From: Verrucomicrobiia bacterium
Lineage (GTDB): Bacteria > Patescibacteriota > Saccharimonadia > Saccharimonadales > JAGQNK01
DNA: 64,000 nt
Direction of reading: 5' to 3'
NCBI GenBank assembly: GCA_035489575.1
Contig: DATHJY010000007.1
Location: 1,047 to 65,046 of the forward strand
Part shown: one piece after another, positions 35,091 to 47,230 of the stretch
Position numbering within the stretch: position 1 is the stretch's first letter
Layout of the letters: each line of letters begins with the position of its first letter
Notes under the pieces: model-generated
What the model saw: only the letters and a program-made list of their open reading frames with translations
Told to the model about the DNA's origin: nothing
The model's database searches: none
Translations under genes and position numbers: made by a program

Positions 35091-35362
35091 AACGACCTAA
35101 GGTGCTCAAGCGTCTCCTCCACTGTGGTAGTAGTGGTACTATTGCGGCCAGCTTTATAGTCTGCTTCTGCCTCCTTGATGATCTCTTCCAGATAGGGAGT
35201 AGGTTCAAGGCTGGAGGTAAGCCGTACTTCGCCCGTGCGCACGGCTTGCATGGTGGCCGCCAGCATGAGGCTGGTAGTAGACAAACCAACAGAGGCAGCA
35301 AAGTCTGCTATCTGCTGTTTAGTTTTAGCGTCGGTTCTAATAGTTACAGTTGCATTACTCAT
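35087..35362 (-). CDS. RelB/DinJ-family antitoxin (intact)
   Basis: MSNATVTIRTDAKTKQQIADFAASVGLSTTSLMLAATMQAV is RHH/DinJ-like. Start at 35362. Confidence 0.7.
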   Translation of the reverse strand: MSNATVTIRTDAKTKQQIADFAASVGLSTTSLMLAATMQAVRTGEVRLTSSLEPTPYLEEIIKEAEADYKAGRNSTTTTTVEETLEHLRSL

Positions 35363-35372
35363 AATACCTACT

Positions 35373-35401
35373 ACTGTACTGCAAGTGACTGCAGTATGCA
35401 A
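35373..35401 (-). promoter_or_regulatory. promoter with operator-like palindrome for the antitoxin-toxin pair
   Basis: On the minus strand: TTGCAT, 17 nt, TACAGT. The spacer holds the inverted repeat ACTGCA-N6-TGCAGT (35378-35395). Confidence 0.45.
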
Positions 35402-35422
35402 GCTTTTAACTGCAATGTGCAA

Positions 35423-36781
<1,359 letters not shown>

Positions 36782-36890
36782 TTATCGGTGAGAAAGGGTA
36801 CCGGGCGTACACCGCCGAGACGAGAAGTATTTTTGGCGGCTTGGGCGAGCCCGCAGCGCAAAGAGAGGTGCAAATATGAGTACACGGACA

Positions 36891-37760
36891 TTAGCTTGCT
36901 GTCCCCACTTGAGCCTTCTTTAGGCCGTTGATAATTTCCTTCAGGCGTTCATCTTTGATACCGCGCTTGGCTCGGTTATAAGCCAGGTGCAGATCTGCCT
37001 TAGCCTCGTCAGCCCGCTGGTGCGAGGCGCTCATAGCCCTAAAGCGGCTGGCATACTGGGCCAGCTTAGATTCCAAAATGAGCTGGCTAACCGCAATCTG
37101 CATCATCGAGCGTTCCAGGTGATCGACGACGTCATAGGTAGTTGGCTCAAATATATAGTTGGTCTCGGTGATCAACTCATCAGCCTTTTCGGCATTGGTG
37201 CCCTTCTGCTGCACCGCGGCTGATAGCTCGATCCTCTTGACGTCTTGGCTCATAAGCGATAGATATTCCTGCGAAAAGACACTGGTAGATTTGTATCTTT
37301 GGGCTTCGCGAATGATAGGCATGACATTGATATTTTGGTCGCGGGTTGGCAACTTAAAGTATTTTTTGTACATGATACCGCGCTGGGCCAACTGGATAGC
37401 ACCGTGGTGGCCAATCACAATGATATCGTTTTGGTCAGCGTTAAAGGTTTGCAACATAAGAGCAATCAGCTTTTGGTCAATGTCACCGCTAAAGCCACCC
37501 TCGGCAGTGATAATAACGTACAGTTCTTTTTGAATGATCTCGGCCTGCTCTGCCTGGGAGCGACCAAAGCCAAAGTAGCTACCCACGCGCAGCTGCGAAT
37601 AAATAGCCCACAGCTCGTTAAAGAATTGAGTCGCCTGCAGCACCTGGTTTTTGATCTGCGCAATACGCATACTGGCAATACCCTCGAACACGCTGGTTAG
37701 TTCTACCAGAGTGCCCATGGCCATTTCTTCGCGTTCTAGCTCGTTTGGCCGCTTACTCAT
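36891..37760 (-). CDS. atpG: F1 ATP synthase gamma subunit
   Basis: 289 aa, positioned between alpha and beta, with gamma-like N- and C-terminal helices ([15 protein letters not shown]...[12 protein letters not shown]). Confidence 0.75.
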   Translation of the reverse strand: MSKRPNELEREEMAMGTLVELTSVFEGIASMRIAQIKNQVLQATQFFNELWAIYSQLRVGSYFGFGRSQAEQAEIIQKELYVIITAEGGFSGDIDQKLIALMLQTFNADQNDIIVIGHHGAIQLAQRGIMYKKYFKLPTRDQNINVMPIIREAQRYKSTSVFSQEYLSLMSQDVKRIELSAAVQQKGTNAEKADELITETNYIFEPTTYDVVDHLERSMMQIAVSQLILESKLAQYASRFRAMSASHQRADEAKADLHLAYNRAKRGIKDERLKEIINGLKKAQVGTAS

Positions 37761-39346
37761 TTTTTAACCTCTGTTTTCTCGGCGGACTTTTCTTCTTTCT
37801 TTTCCTCTTTTTTGTCGTGTTTTTTGTCTTCCTTGGAATTCTTTTGGTCTTTGGCGGTGACTGGGGCGGGTGCCACACTGGGCATGGCAGGTGCGCTGGT
37901 CACTTTGGCCTTTAGTTCGTCACGGACTTTGTCGTAATCTTCGTCGGCCTTGATCTTGGCAGCAAATTCTTTGACGTTCAGCTTCATAGCCGCTACGTCC
38001 AGTGTGCTACCGACTTCGTTGTTCAGCACCAGGTCCAGCATAAGCTGCTGGCAGATGAGCGAAAAGGTATCGGTGGGCGCCTGAGTGACCAGCTCAAAGA
38101 CTTGCTTACCCACACTCAGGGCGCGCTTAGCTTCGGCGGCCAGTTCGGTACCAAAGTGGCTGAACTCTTCAGCCTGACGGTAGTCTGCCAACAGTTTCAG
38201 CGTTTGTGAAGCCAGGGCCTTTTGGCGCTTGTTATGGCCAATACCACCGGCACGCGTCACACTCAGTCCAATGTTCAGGGCAGGACGAATACCATTGCGG
38301 AAGATGTCCATGTCCAATATCCACTGACCATCTGTAATAGACATAATGTTAGTAGGTAAATAAGCGGTAATATCACCACCAGCCGCATTTACCACCGGAA
38401 TGCTCGTCAGATGCTTGCCATTGCGATCCAGCCGGCCAGCTCGCTCTAGCAAGCTAGAGTGGGCATAGAACATGTCACCAGGATAGCTGTCGCGACCAGG
38501 CGAGACACCAGATAGCAACGCAACCTCGCGGTAGGCATGGGCATGACTGGTCAGATCGTCATAGATAATAATGGTATCTTGGTCACACTTCTGCCACAGG
38601 TATTCAGCCATGGCACAGCCCACATAGGGCGCCAAATAGCTCATGATAAGCGACTCGAACATGGTGCTCACAATCACAATGGCCTTTTCCATACCACCCG
38701 TCTCGTTCAGGCGGGTTAGCAGCGTGTCTACATCGCTGCGACGCTTGGCAATCAGCACATACACCACCACTTGGTCGGTGTTCTTCTGGTTCATGGTCAG
38801 CTGGGTTACCAGCGTACTTTTGCCCGACTTGCTGTCCCCCAGCAAGGCCATGCGCTGTCCGCGAACAATCGGGAATAAGGCGTCTATAGTGGTCACGCCG
38901 CTCTCTAACTGGTCACTCAGCAGCTTGCGTTCGTACAGAGGTGGCGCTGTATTAAAGACAGGCCAGACAGAATCAGCCGCAACTGGCCCCTTGCCGTCCA
39001 ACGGTTCGCCGGTGACAGAGATCACCCGTCCTACAAAATCCTTGCCCACCTTGCTCACCAGCTCTTGGTGTTGAATAACACCTACCATACCAATGCGTAA
39101 GGTCTTGCTGCCTAAGTGCAAGATAACGATATGGTCAGTGTGTACCTGGTGCACAAAGCCCTTGCTGCCGTCCTCGAACATGATGAGGGCGTGCACAGCA
39201 CAGGGCTGTAAGCCACTGGCCTTAACCAAAAACTTATCAACGGCGATAACTTCGCCAACCGGATTGCCAGCCACCACCAAGCGATCAAAGTGCTGGTTGC
39301 CGCTGGTGGTAGGGGCTGGTGGTGTCGTAGGCGTAGGGGCTGTCAT
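37757..39346 (-). CDS. atpA: F1 ATP synthase alpha subunit with Pro/Thr-rich N-terminal and Lys/Glu-rich C-terminal extensions
   Basis: GDSKSGKST Walker A and an alpha-like body. ATGA overlaps with atpH and atpG. Confidence 0.85.
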   Translation of the reverse strand: MTAPTPTTPPAPTTSGNQHFDRLVVAGNPVGEVIAVDKFLVKASGLQPCAVHALIMFEDGSKGFVHQVHTDHIVILHLGSKTLRIGMVGVIQHQELVSKVGKDFVGRVISVTGEPLDGKGPVAADSVWPVFNTAPPLYERKLLSDQLESGVTTIDALFPIVRGQRMALLGDSKSGKSTLVTQLTMNQKNTDQVVVYVLIAKRRSDVDTLLTRLNETGGMEKAIVIVSTMFESLIMSYLAPYVGCAMAEYLWQKCDQDTIIIYDDLTSHAHAYREVALLSGVSPGRDSYPGDMFYAHSSLLERAGRLDRNGKHLTSIPVVNAAGGDITAYLPTNIMSITDGQWILDMDIFRNGIRPALNIGLSVTRAGGIGHNKRQKALASQTLKLLADYRQAEEFSHFGTELAAEAKRALSVGKQVFELVTQAPTDTFSLICQQLMLDLVLNNEVGSTLDVAAMKLNVKEFAAKIKADEDYDKVRDELKAKVTSAPAMPSVAPAPVTAKDQKNSKEDKKHDKKEEKKEEKSAEKTEVKK

Positions 39347-40104
39347 GCGGAGTGCTCCGTTGGTGGTGGCGCGGGGGCCGGAGTTGTTGTTGCTGGGGCT
39401 GGGGCCTGGGGCGCAGCCTGGACTAGCGCCGGGGCTACAGCTGGGACCACCTGTGGCTGCTCCAGCTGGGCAATGGCTGATTCGACTATCTGGGCCAATT
39501 GTTCGGAAGTCTCACCGCCTGTGGGTATCGCAGGCACTGCAGCAGCTGGAGCTGGCGGAGCCAGAACGGTGTCAGGAGCGCTTGCAACTGCCGTAGCCAC
39601 AACCGGAACCGGCGTATCACTCATAGCATGCAGGCGCTGGACCAAGGTATCTCGTTGTTTCTTGAAGCGGTGTCGCAGGCTAAAGTCAAACTGCTTGTTG
39701 GTGGTACGCATGATCATGCCCGCCCCAATGTTGGGCTGCAGTCCTACTTGCAATAACACCTGGGGGTGGATTTCTGCCCGCAGCCAAGTCATCAGTTTGG
39801 ACAAAAACAGTGGCGAAGGATCTGCCCCAAAACTCATATGCAGCACCGGCGACCGAGCTTTTACGGCCGTCAGAAAGGTCAGCAGCTGTTTGCGATCTTG
39901 CTCGTGTAGCATGTTCAGCTGGCTACCGGCCAACATCTCATCCATAAGTCGGCTGGTTTTGGGCATTTTCAGAGGAGTACCAGGCTGGCGGATAGCTGCC
40001 TGCTGCATGAAATTATCCAACCCCTCTACTTCACGCAACAATCGGCCCACGTCTACGCGGCCGACTACCTGTACGGGCAAGGATATGGTGGTCGTCTTAT
40101 CCAC
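39343..40104 (-). CDS. atpH: ATP synthase delta (OSCP)-like subunit with Ala/Pro-rich C-terminal tail
   Basis: Operon position. The [31 protein letters not shown] segment resembles the delta C-terminal domain. ~90-aa A/P-rich extension. Confidence 0.55.
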   Translation of the reverse strand: MDKTTTISLPVQVVGRVDVGRLLREVEGLDNFMQQAAIRQPGTPLKMPKTSRLMDEMLAGSQLNMLHEQDRKQLLTFLTAVKARSPVLHMSFGADPSPLFLSKLMTWLRAEIHPQVLLQVGLQPNIGAGMIMRTTNKQFDFSLRHRFKKQRDTLVQRLHAMSDTPVPVVATAVASAPDTVLAPPAPAAAVPAIPTGGETSEQLAQIVESAIAQLEQPQVVPAVAPALVQAAPQAPAPATTTPAPAPPPTEHSA

Positions 40105-40750
40105 TGCGTCCTGCTCCTTCGGTGATGTCTTTTATGATAGCTTCTTTGTTTTCTTGCAGGTCGGCCAGGATGTATTCCAGCTGGTCATTCAGGTCTATTT
40201 GGTCGCCTATGGCAGACAGTACGTAGTGGTTGATAATATCGGCCATATTTTCTTCGAACCGCTTGGTCAGTCGAGCTTTTTCGTCACCCAGCTCTTTGGC
40301 AATCTGGGCGCTCATGGCCTTGCGCTGCTCTTCAATGGCTACCTGGGTTTTGTTAATAGAATCTATAGCCAGCTGCTTGGCGTCGGTTATAGATTCTTCG
40401 TACTTGGCAAATTCTTCCTGCAGCTTCTTGGTGATCTCGGTCTTCATGAACTCGTTCAGCTGCGAGGTCGTCAGACGCAGATCTTGCTGCAAGAACATGG
40501 CATTTTCACCAATAATTTTCTCGAAGTGTAGGCGGCCACGGTTGCGCAGCTCTTCGCGGAAGGTCTCGTTAAAGATGTGCTCGACATCTTGTTCGGCCAT
40601 CTCGGTATAAGGGTCTTTGGTGTCTTTCTTGCCCTTTTTAGAGCCACCACCGCCACTGATGGCCATCCAAATAAATGCCAACGTGGCAGCCAATAGGCTC
40701 CCGAGTATGAGTGCTAGTTCCCACAATTCCACTATGCTAGTTCCCACCAA
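40097..40750 (-). CDS. atpF: ATP synthase Fo subunit b-like
   Basis: N-terminal TM helix followed by a long charged coiled-coil, and operon position. Confidence 0.55.
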   Translation of the reverse strand: MVGTSIVELWELALILGSLLAATLAFIWMAISGGGGSKKGKKDTKDPYTEMAEQDVEHIFNETFREELRNRGRLHFEKIIGENAMFLQQDLRLTTSQLNEFMKTEITKKLQEEFAKYEESITDAKQLAIDSINKTQVAIEEQRKAMSAQIAKELGDEKARLTKRFEENMADIINHYVLSAIGDQIDLNDQLEYILADLQENKEAIIKDITEGAGRSG

Positions 40751-40760
40751 TTCCTTTTTA

Positions 40761-40882
40761 AGGACTTTTCACAAAATAGTGCAGCTTGGTTTCCGAGCGA
40801 GCACCGCAAGTGAGCCGTACCAGAGGTACGGTGAACGCGAAGCGCAGATCGGGGGCCAAGATGTGCATTTTGTGAAAGTCCT
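40761..40882. repeat. 122-bp long hairpin (CCGTACC-core family)
   Basis: AGGACTTTTCACAAAAT...GAGCCGTACCAGAGGTACGGTGAA...ATTTTGTGAAAGTCCT. Confidence 0.75.
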
Positions 40883-41729
40883 AAAGCTTTAGTAGTAAAT
40901 ATACTCCAAAAAGCCCTAATATGAAAATAATTAACCCCGAGATAATAACCTGTAACATGCCCCGGATGATGATCTTTTTGCCCAAGGGGTTGCGCCCCAT
41001 AGAAGTCATACCGCTGCGAATACCACCGTACATGAGAATGCCAGCCACAAGCGTCGATATAGCCAACACTACCAACCCTATGTACACCCGAACAGCTGCC
41101 ACCGGCTTGCCGGCAATAGCCTCTGTTGCGCGCTGCAAGAACTGAGGTAGGTCCGGCTCGTGCCCTTTCATGAGCGGGTTGCGCGAGATACCGATCTCGA
41201 CAGCAATACGCCCCATCTTTACGTCGCGTTCGGCCCCAGCACTATCCTTGATCTTGGTCGAGCCTATCACTACGCTGCCGCCGTCGAAGGCCGCCAGGGC
41301 TTTGCCGACTACCATGGGTTCTTTGTCGGTCGCCTTGGCTCCCACCCCTGTAATGGCAGATAGGGTTACATAATCACCCGCTTTGATGTCACCGTTTTGC
41401 GAACTGACCACCACGTCGTAACGCCCAGCCGTGGCCACAAAGGCTTTCTGGCCATCACTCGACAGCGTTACAGCGGCATCGTTAGAGTTCACCACCACGC
41501 CATGCATCTTGTCCATCTCCCCCAGCTTCAGTGGAGTGACCTTATTCACATCGTCCTGCTTCAGCCGAACAATCAAGCCCAGCTGCAGAGGTTGGTCAGT
41601 CGCATATCCCTGTATAAAAGCCGTCTGAGCACCCAAAGGATTGGTCAAACCCAGCCACACCAAAAAAACCAAGCCTGTGGCAGCCAGCAGCCTTGGAAGA
41701 GAGATGAGATTCTTGATCTTTGTCTTCAT
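40881..41729 (-). CDS. hypothetical membrane protein (signal/TM N-terminus, two C-terminal TM helices)
   Basis: 282-aa ORF with backbone composition and no recognisable domain. Confidence 0.5.
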   Translation of the reverse strand: MKTKIKNLISLPRLLAATGLVFLVWLGLTNPLGAQTAFIQGYATDQPLQLGLIVRLKQDDVNKVTPLKLGEMDKMHGVVVNSNDAAVTLSSDGQKAFVATAGRYDVVVSSQNGDIKAGDYVTLSAITGVGAKATDKEPMVVGKALAAFDGGSVVIGSTKIKDSAGAERDVKMGRIAVEIGISRNPLMKGHEPDLPQFLQRATEAIAGKPVAAVRVYIGLVVLAISTLVAGILMYGGIRSGMTSMGRNPLGKKIIIRGMLQVIISGLIIFILGLFGVYLLLKL

Positions 41730-41774
41730 GTTTCTGTAATAAAACCATAATCATTATAAGTCTAAACTACTCCC

Positions 41775-42926
41775 CTACACAACCAGAGAGGCAAGAGCTT
41801 TGACTGTGGTATCTACATCTTCTGCGGTGGTTGCTACGCCCATAGTAAAGCGCAGGGAGGCTTGGGCATCCTGCTCGCTCAATCCCAAAGCGCGCAACAC
41901 ATGCGACGGCTCGTCGTTGCTAGCGCTGCAAGCCGAGCCCGCCGCAGCTTGAATACCTGCTTCATCTAAGGCCATAATCAGCCGCTCGTTATCCTGGCCC
42001 GGAATAGTCGCATGCACATTGTTTGGCAAACGGTGCTTTTTACTACCGTTAATCACCGCCCCCAGAATAGACCGCTCAAGTTCTTTCATAAATTGCTGCT
42101 GCAAAGCCTGTAACCGATGCGTCTCATCGTGCCGACGGGCCTGGGTCAATTCCAGCGCCTTGGCTAGACCCATGATGCCAGCTACGTTTTCGGTGCCGCT
42201 GCGCAGCCCACGTTCTTGCCCACCGCCCAAGGTCTGGGGTGCCAGTTGTACGCCCGCCCGCACATAGAGCAACCCACTTTGTTTGGGGCCATAGATTTTG
42301 CCACCGTTAACGGTCATCAGATCCACGCCCAGCCGGCTGATATGCAGGTCTAAATAATTGGCTGCTTGGCAGGCGTCGGTATGAACATAGAGAGGTAGAT
42401 TGTTGCCAGCCTGCTGACGCTGCTTGCGCACCGTCTCTACCAGCTGTGTAATCTGGCGAATAGGCTGAATCGTACCAATCTCGTTGTTGGCATACATAAC
42501 GCTCACCAAAATCGTGTTGCTGTCTATCAATTTCTGCAAAGCGTCCAGGTCCACCCGGCCGTCGGTGGCTACCGGCGTCTCTTTACAAGCGTACTGGTGG
42601 GCTGGCCGCAGGACCGACTCGTGTTCGATGGCACTGACCACCACATTGGCCTCTGGGAACTCATGCATAATGCCCTGGATGGCCAAATTATTAGCCTCGG
42701 TACCGCCAGCTGTAAAGAAAATCTCGGCCGGTCGGGTACCCAAAATACCAGCGATACCAGCCCGCGCAGTGGCAATATCTTTAGCCACAGCCTTGGCCGA
42801 CAAATAAAGAGCCGAGGGATTATAAAACTGCTGCATAAAGTACGGCTGCATAGCCGCCAACACCGCAGGGTCCATGGGCGTAGCCGCCGCATAATCCATA
42901 TAAATCAATTTCATCTCTTTGGTCAT
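41775..42926 (-). CDS. cysteine desulfurase (class V aminotransferase, NifS/IscS-like)
   Basis: YMDYAAATPMDP N-terminus, a PLP-lysine region, and a GSACSA active-site Cys loop. Confidence 0.85.
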   Translation of the reverse strand: MTKEMKLIYMDYAAATPMDPAVLAAMQPYFMQQFYNPSALYLSAKAVAKDIATARAGIAGILGTRPAEIFFTAGGTEANNLAIQGIMHEFPEANVVVSAIEHESVLRPAHQYACKETPVATDGRVDLDALQKLIDSNTILVSVMYANNEIGTIQPIRQITQLVETVRKQRQQAGNNLPLYVHTDACQAANYLDLHISRLGVDLMTVNGGKIYGPKQSGLLYVRAGVQLAPQTLGGGQERGLRSGTENVAGIMGLAKALELTQARRHDETHRLQALQQQFMKELERSILGAVINGSKKHRLPNNVHATIPGQDNERLIMALDEAGIQAAAGSACSASNDEPSHVLRALGLSEQDAQASLRFTMGVATTAEDVDTTVKALASLVV

Positions 42927-43134
42927 AAGTTTTACCAGTATATTTTACAAAAACTTTCTGGATTCACTCCAGAAAGTTTTTATCTGATTGAGGGAAGAAC
43001 AGCCCGAGAACTTGTTTCTCGGCGCGTTAGGAGGTGAGAAATGCCAGTGGCATTTTGCAAGGCAATCTTCTCTTGAAAACTTTGTTTTCAAAGATGAAGT
43101 TGCGGGCCCGCTGAAAGTGGGAAATCATCCCCTC

Positions 43135-43503
43135 CTAAACTACAAATGCATACAATTCAGAACGAACCCGCTGCTGGTACTGTTCCATAGCATTCTGCAG
43201 GTTGATAGCCTCTTGGCGAGTCAGCGAACGGTATTGACCACCCTGTGACTTGATAATGCCATTGGGACGGATGTCGTAGCGAGTAGTAGCAGCTTGGTGC
43301 TGACCATTTTCGTCAACCCACTCTTCGTGCCATACCCACGTGCGCTCATCTAGGCAGAAGAACTCGCGGCGGCCGCCCTGGGCAACCGGACCGAATAGCT
43401 CGCCACCAATACGCGCTTCGTGGCGGATAAGGTTGCGGTACAAATCAGCTCGTCGCTGAGCTTCTTTTTGGGCGATAACGCCTTTAACCAGTTTGGAGAT
43501 CAT
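43135..43503 (-). CDS. hypothetical protein
   Basis: Start at MISKLVKG (43503). Conserved-looking RREFFCLDERTWVWHEEW core with no family recognised. Confidence 0.45.
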   Translation of the reverse strand: MISKLVKGVIAQKEAQRRADLYRNLIRHEARIGGELFGPVAQGGRREFFCLDERTWVWHEEWVDENGQHQAATTRYDIRPNGIIKSQGGQYRSLTRQEAINLQNAMEQYQQRVRSELYAFVV

Positions 43504-43843
43504 GGTAATCCTCATACTCTGCAGTTGGGACAGCTGCGTCGTTAGCTGCACGAAGGCTGCGTTGAGCGTCTAGGTCAATGACGGGCGCAGGTGCTGCAAC
43601 TCGTTCATCCACATACATAGCTTGCTGGGGTACTTCTGGGGTCTGTGGCTGGTCGGTACGATTTTGGCGGTATGTTTCCATATCTACCACGATACCCATT
43701 TTTTCAAAAGCAGCCGCACTCCGCCGTCTGGTTTCATCCAGGTGTGCTACTCGGGCAGCACCAACAATCTCGGCCCCTGTTCTAGGGCCAAACTGCTCAC
43801 GCGAAATTTCTGCCGGATCAACCGGCTGTTGTTGGAAAGACAT
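43484..43843 (-). CDS. hypothetical protein
   Basis: 119-aa ORF overlapping the next gene by 20 nt. Confidence 0.4.
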   Translation of the reverse strand: MSFQQQPVDPAEISREQFGPRTGAEIVGAARVAHLDETRRRSAAAFEKMGIVVDMETYRQNRTDQPQTPEVPQQAMYVDERVAAPAPVIDLDAQRSLRAANDAAVPTAEYEDYHDLQTG

Positions 43844-43850
43844 GTAACTC

Positions 43851-44618
43851 CTAAATGTTGAATAGATCTATTGCATTGTGCGTTGTAGCGGTTGCCAAAT
43901 CTTCAAGGCGTTCGCCCCGAAGCTTTGCCAAAAACTCCGCGGTTACTCGCACATGCTTTGGCTGGCACATTGTACCACGGAATGGAACAGGGGTCAAGTA
44001 CGGAGCATCAGTTTCTAGTAATAATCTATCAATTGGCACTTTCTGGGCCGCCGTTAGCTGTTCCTGCTGCTTAGAGAACGTCACAATGCCATTTATCCCC
44101 ACATACAGCCCTCGTTTTAGTATCTGTGCCAATTCCACCTCTGTTGCAGTAAAGCTGTGGATGACTCCCCGCAACCCCTTGTAGCTGTCAAAAATGGGCC
44201 AAAAGTCCTCAAATGCGTCGCGCACATGGAAAATAACCGGCAATTTGTGCTCTGTTGCGATATCTAGCTGAAATTTCAGCATTTTCTTCTGAGATTCGCG
44301 TGGCGAGTGTTCATAGTAATAATCCAGCCCTACTTCCCCTATGGCCACCACCTTGGGCTTACGCGCCAGATCATGGAACTGTTGCAGCGCCTGGTGATCG
44401 TCCACATATGTTGCCGCCTCGTGCGGATGCAGCCCAATAGTTGCCCATACGTTATCTCTGCCGTAGGCAAACTTTATGGCCGCCTGGCTGTCCTTCAGCG
44501 TACAGCCCACACATAAAACTTTCGTGACGCCGTCAGCGGCCGCGGCCGCCAAAACATCGTCAGGATCAAGCTGATAGTCCGAGAACTGGACATGGCAATG
44601 AGTATCAACCAACTGCAT
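43851..44618 (-). CDS. tatD: TatD-family metal-dependent hydrolase (DNase)
   Basis: MQLVDTHCHV N-terminal motif and a full-length TatD-like body. Confidence 0.85.
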   Translation of the reverse strand: MQLVDTHCHVQFSDYQLDPDDVLAAAAADGVTKVLCVGCTLKDSQAAIKFAYGRDNVWATIGLHPHEAATYVDDHQALQQFHDLARKPKVVAIGEVGLDYYYEHSPRESQKKMLKFQLDIATEHKLPVIFHVRDAFEDFWPIFDSYKGLRGVIHSFTATEVELAQILKRGLYVGINGIVTFSKQQEQLTAAQKVPIDRLLLETDAPYLTPVPFRGTMCQPKHVRVTAEFLAKLRGERLEDLATATTHNAIDLFNI

Positions 44619-44622
44619 GATC

Positions 44623-45216
44623 TTATTGTACCGTGTGGTACAACCCTAGTCGGAAAATACAGTCCAAGACTGCTTTGCTCACAAGACCGTCTATAGCCTG
44701 TCCAGCGCCCACTGCTTGGCGCACTTTGGTAGAAGATGCACACATGTCCAGGACCTCTTGCGGCAAAGGCACGTGACGCACCACAGCAGAGGCTGGTGGG
44801 CAACTATCACCGTGACGTTCCACAACCAGCATCGGCAGCGTTGCTTGCAACTGTTTTCCGCCCCGCCAGGTTGGCATAGCCCGATAGCTATCCGCCCCAA
44901 ACACGAACCAAAAGTCATGCTGGGGATACGTTGCTTGCAAGACCTGCACGGTAGTGATTGTCTCTGTTGGGCGCGGCAACTGCATTTCGAAATCGGTAAT
45001 CACCAGACGTGAATTATCACCAAATACCTGCTGACCAATACAAGCCAATAATTCTAGACGAGACGCGTCACTGCTCATCCCTGGTTTATCTTCTCGTACG
45101 CCAGACGGCATGATCCAGATTTGATCAAAATCTGACATGGCCAGGCAGGCAGCAATGATCGCTTCATGGGTAAGGGTCGGTGGATCAAAGGTACCGCCAA
45201 AGAGGGCAATTTTCAT
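44623..45216 (-). CDS. nadD: nicotinate-nucleotide adenylyltransferase
   Basis: MKIALFGGTFDPPTLTHEAII ((H/T)xxH motif). AAGGA SD upstream of the ATG at 45216. Confidence 0.85.
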   Translation of the reverse strand: MKIALFGGTFDPPTLTHEAIIAACLAMSDFDQIWIMPSGVREDKPGMSSDASRLELLACIGQQVFGDNSRLVITDFEMQLPRPTETITTVQVLQATYPQHDFWFVFGADSYRAMPTWRGGKQLQATLPMLVVERHGDSCPPASAVVRHVPLPQEVLDMCASSTKVRQAVGAGQAIDGLVSKAVLDCIFRLGLYHTVQ

Positions 45217-45319
45217 AAGAGGGTCCTTTTTCATGTTGTAAGTGTTATATTGACACTTACTATGCAATACTGTATTCTACGAAGTAATTATTGTCAACGT
45301 AACACTAACCAGAAGGGAA

Positions 45320-47230
45320 GTGACCCTGGAAAAATCAGCCGATAGCAACTATATACGCGTAGCAACTGCCTGCCCCGAGGTAGCCCTAACCGACGTTGCC
45401 ACTAACACGCAGCATATCAAGGACCTCTATAGCGATGCTATCGACGCAGATGCTGCTCTGGTGGTCTTTCCAGAGATGTCGGTAACTGGTTATTCCATCG
45501 GTGACCTAGTCCAAAATAATCAGCTTTTGGCCAACGCCCGAACTGGATTGACGCAGTTGGCCGAGGCCACCGCCAATAAGCCGACCGCCATGGTAGTCGG
45601 TCTACCCCTGGCAGTCGGCAGCGCTATCTATAACTGTGCGGCTGTTTTAGCAGATGGCCAGGTTAAGGGCATCGTCCCCAAGTCCAACATGCCCACTTAT
45701 GGCGAATTTTATGAAAAACGCTGGTTCCAAGCCTGGGATCAGCCAAATATAGAGGTGGAAGTAGCCGGAAAAGCAGTTCCCTTTGGTACTGATTTGCTGC
45801 TTGACATCAATGGCACCAAGGTTGGCGTGGAAATCTGTGAAGATTTGTGGGTTGCCGATCCGCCCAGCCGCAAACTGGCCGAAAATGGCGCCCACATCAT
45901 AGCCAACCCCTCCGCTTCGCCGGAGCTGATCGGCAAGGCTGATTATCGCCGACAACTCGTAGCCCAACAGTCAGCCCGGCTGGTAATGGCCTACCTATAC
46001 GCCGGCTGCGACCCGTCCGAGTCGACCATGGACATTGTCATGAGCGGTCACCAGTTGATTGCCGAAAGCGGCCGCATTGTGGCCGAACGCACGCCACTAT
46101 CAGACGAAAGCCGGCTGCAAATTGCCGACATAGACATTCAACACCTGGAGCACGACAAGCGCAAAGACACCAATACTGTGGTAAAAACAGGGGCGCAGAT
46201 CATCCGCTGTGGTATAGATCCCAACCGTTTCACCCCTGATCTCAAGCTCAATAAATATCCATTTTTGCCCCCAGAAGACAGTGCCGAGCGCGAGCAACGA
46301 TTGGACCGTGTCATTGCCATTCAGGCCACTGGTCTGGCGCAGCGCGCCAAAAGTAGCCACCAGGAACGAGTTGTCCTGGGGCTGTCAGGGGGACTGGATT
46401 CCACCCTGGCGTTGCTGGTGGCCGTAGAGGCAGCCAAGCGCCTTGGCAAGGAACCAAAAGATTTTATCCATACCATCACCATGCCTGGCGAGGCCAGTTC
46501 TGACCGTACCCAAAGCAACGCCGTCAAACTGGCACAGAGTCTGGGCGTACCTAACACCCAAATCCCTATCGGCAAGCTCAGCCAGGAACAGCTTTTGGCC
46601 CTCGGCCACGATGGTGAAACGCAAGATATCACTTACGAAAATGTCCAAGCCCGCCTGCGCACCAGCATTTTGTTTAATTACGCCAATAAAGCAGGCGGCA
46701 TGGTGCTAGGAACAGGCGACCTAAGTGAAATTGCCCAAGGGTGGTGCACCTACAATGGCGACCACATGAGCCACTACAACGTCAACGCCAGTATTCCTAA
46801 AACACTCGTGCGACATCTGGTCGCTCATCTGACCACCAAGCCATCACACGAAACAAGCAAAACTACCCTAGAAGACATTCTGCAGACACCCGTATCGCCA
46901 GAGCTGGTAAGCGCGCAGCCAGGCCAAATCAGCCAAGAGACCGAAGCAATCATCGGCCCCTACGCCCTGACCGACTTCTTCCTGTATTACCTCATCCGCT
47001 GGGGTGATGCGCCCAACAAAATCCAGTTCCTAGCCGAGCAAGCGTTTAAAGACGATTACTCACCAGAGGAAATCAGTAAGTGGCTCGGTTCATTCCTCAA
47101 GCGCTTCACCCAGAACCAATTTAAACGCTCAGCCATGCCCGACGGACCAAAGGTGGGCTCAGTAGCCCTCAGTCCCCGTGGTGACTGGCGCATGCCGTCT
47201 GATATTCCCTCTACAGCCTTGTGGTCCTAA
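45320..47230 (+). CDS. nadE: glutamine-dependent NAD+ synthetase (nitrilase-like domain plus NadE domain)
   Basis: The N-terminal CN-hydrolase domain includes GVEICEDLW (catalytic Cys). The C-terminal domain has LGLSGGLDS (PP-loop). Confidence 0.9.
   Translation: MTLEKSADSNYIRVATACPEVALTDVATNTQHIKDLYSDAIDADAALVVFPEMSVTGYSIGDLVQNNQLLANARTGLTQLAEATANKPTAMVVGLPLAVGSAIYNCAAVLADGQVKGIVPKSNMPTYGEFYEKRWFQAWDQPNIEVEVAGKAVPFGTDLLLDINGTKVGVEICEDLWVADPPSRKLAENGAHIIANPSASPELIGKADYRRQLVAQQSARLVMAYLYAGCDPSESTMDIVMSGHQLIAESGRIVAERTPLSDESRLQIADIDIQHLEHDKRKDTNTVVKTGAQIIRCGIDPNRFTPDLKLNKYPFLPPEDSAEREQRLDRVIAIQATGLAQRAKSSHQERVVLGLSGGLDSTLALLVAVEAAKRLGKEPKDFIHTITMPGEASSDRTQSNAVKLAQSLGVPNTQIPIGKLSQEQLLALGHDGETQDITYENVQARLRTSILFNYANKAGGMVLGTGDLSEIAQGWCTYNGDHMSHYNVNASIPKTLVRHLVAHLTTKPSHETSKTTLEDILQTPVSPELVSAQPGQISQETEAIIGPYALTDFFLYYLIRWGDAPNKIQFLAEQAFKDDYSPEEISKWLGSFLKRFTQNQFKRSAMPDGPKVGSVALSPRGDWRMPSDIPSTALWS

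Noticed and set aside
39290-40531. 413-aa + strand ORF
   Set aside because: It is fully antisense to atpH and atpF, has low-complexity Cys/Ser/Arg-rich composition, and has no start context.
40881-41000. C-terminal hairpin of TM helices (GRNPLGKK…LIIFILGLFGVYLLL) as a possible ATP synthase c subunit fused to the upstream protein
   Set aside because: There is no conserved carboxylate (E/D) in the second helix, and the protein has a 230-aa unrelated N-terminal ectodomain.
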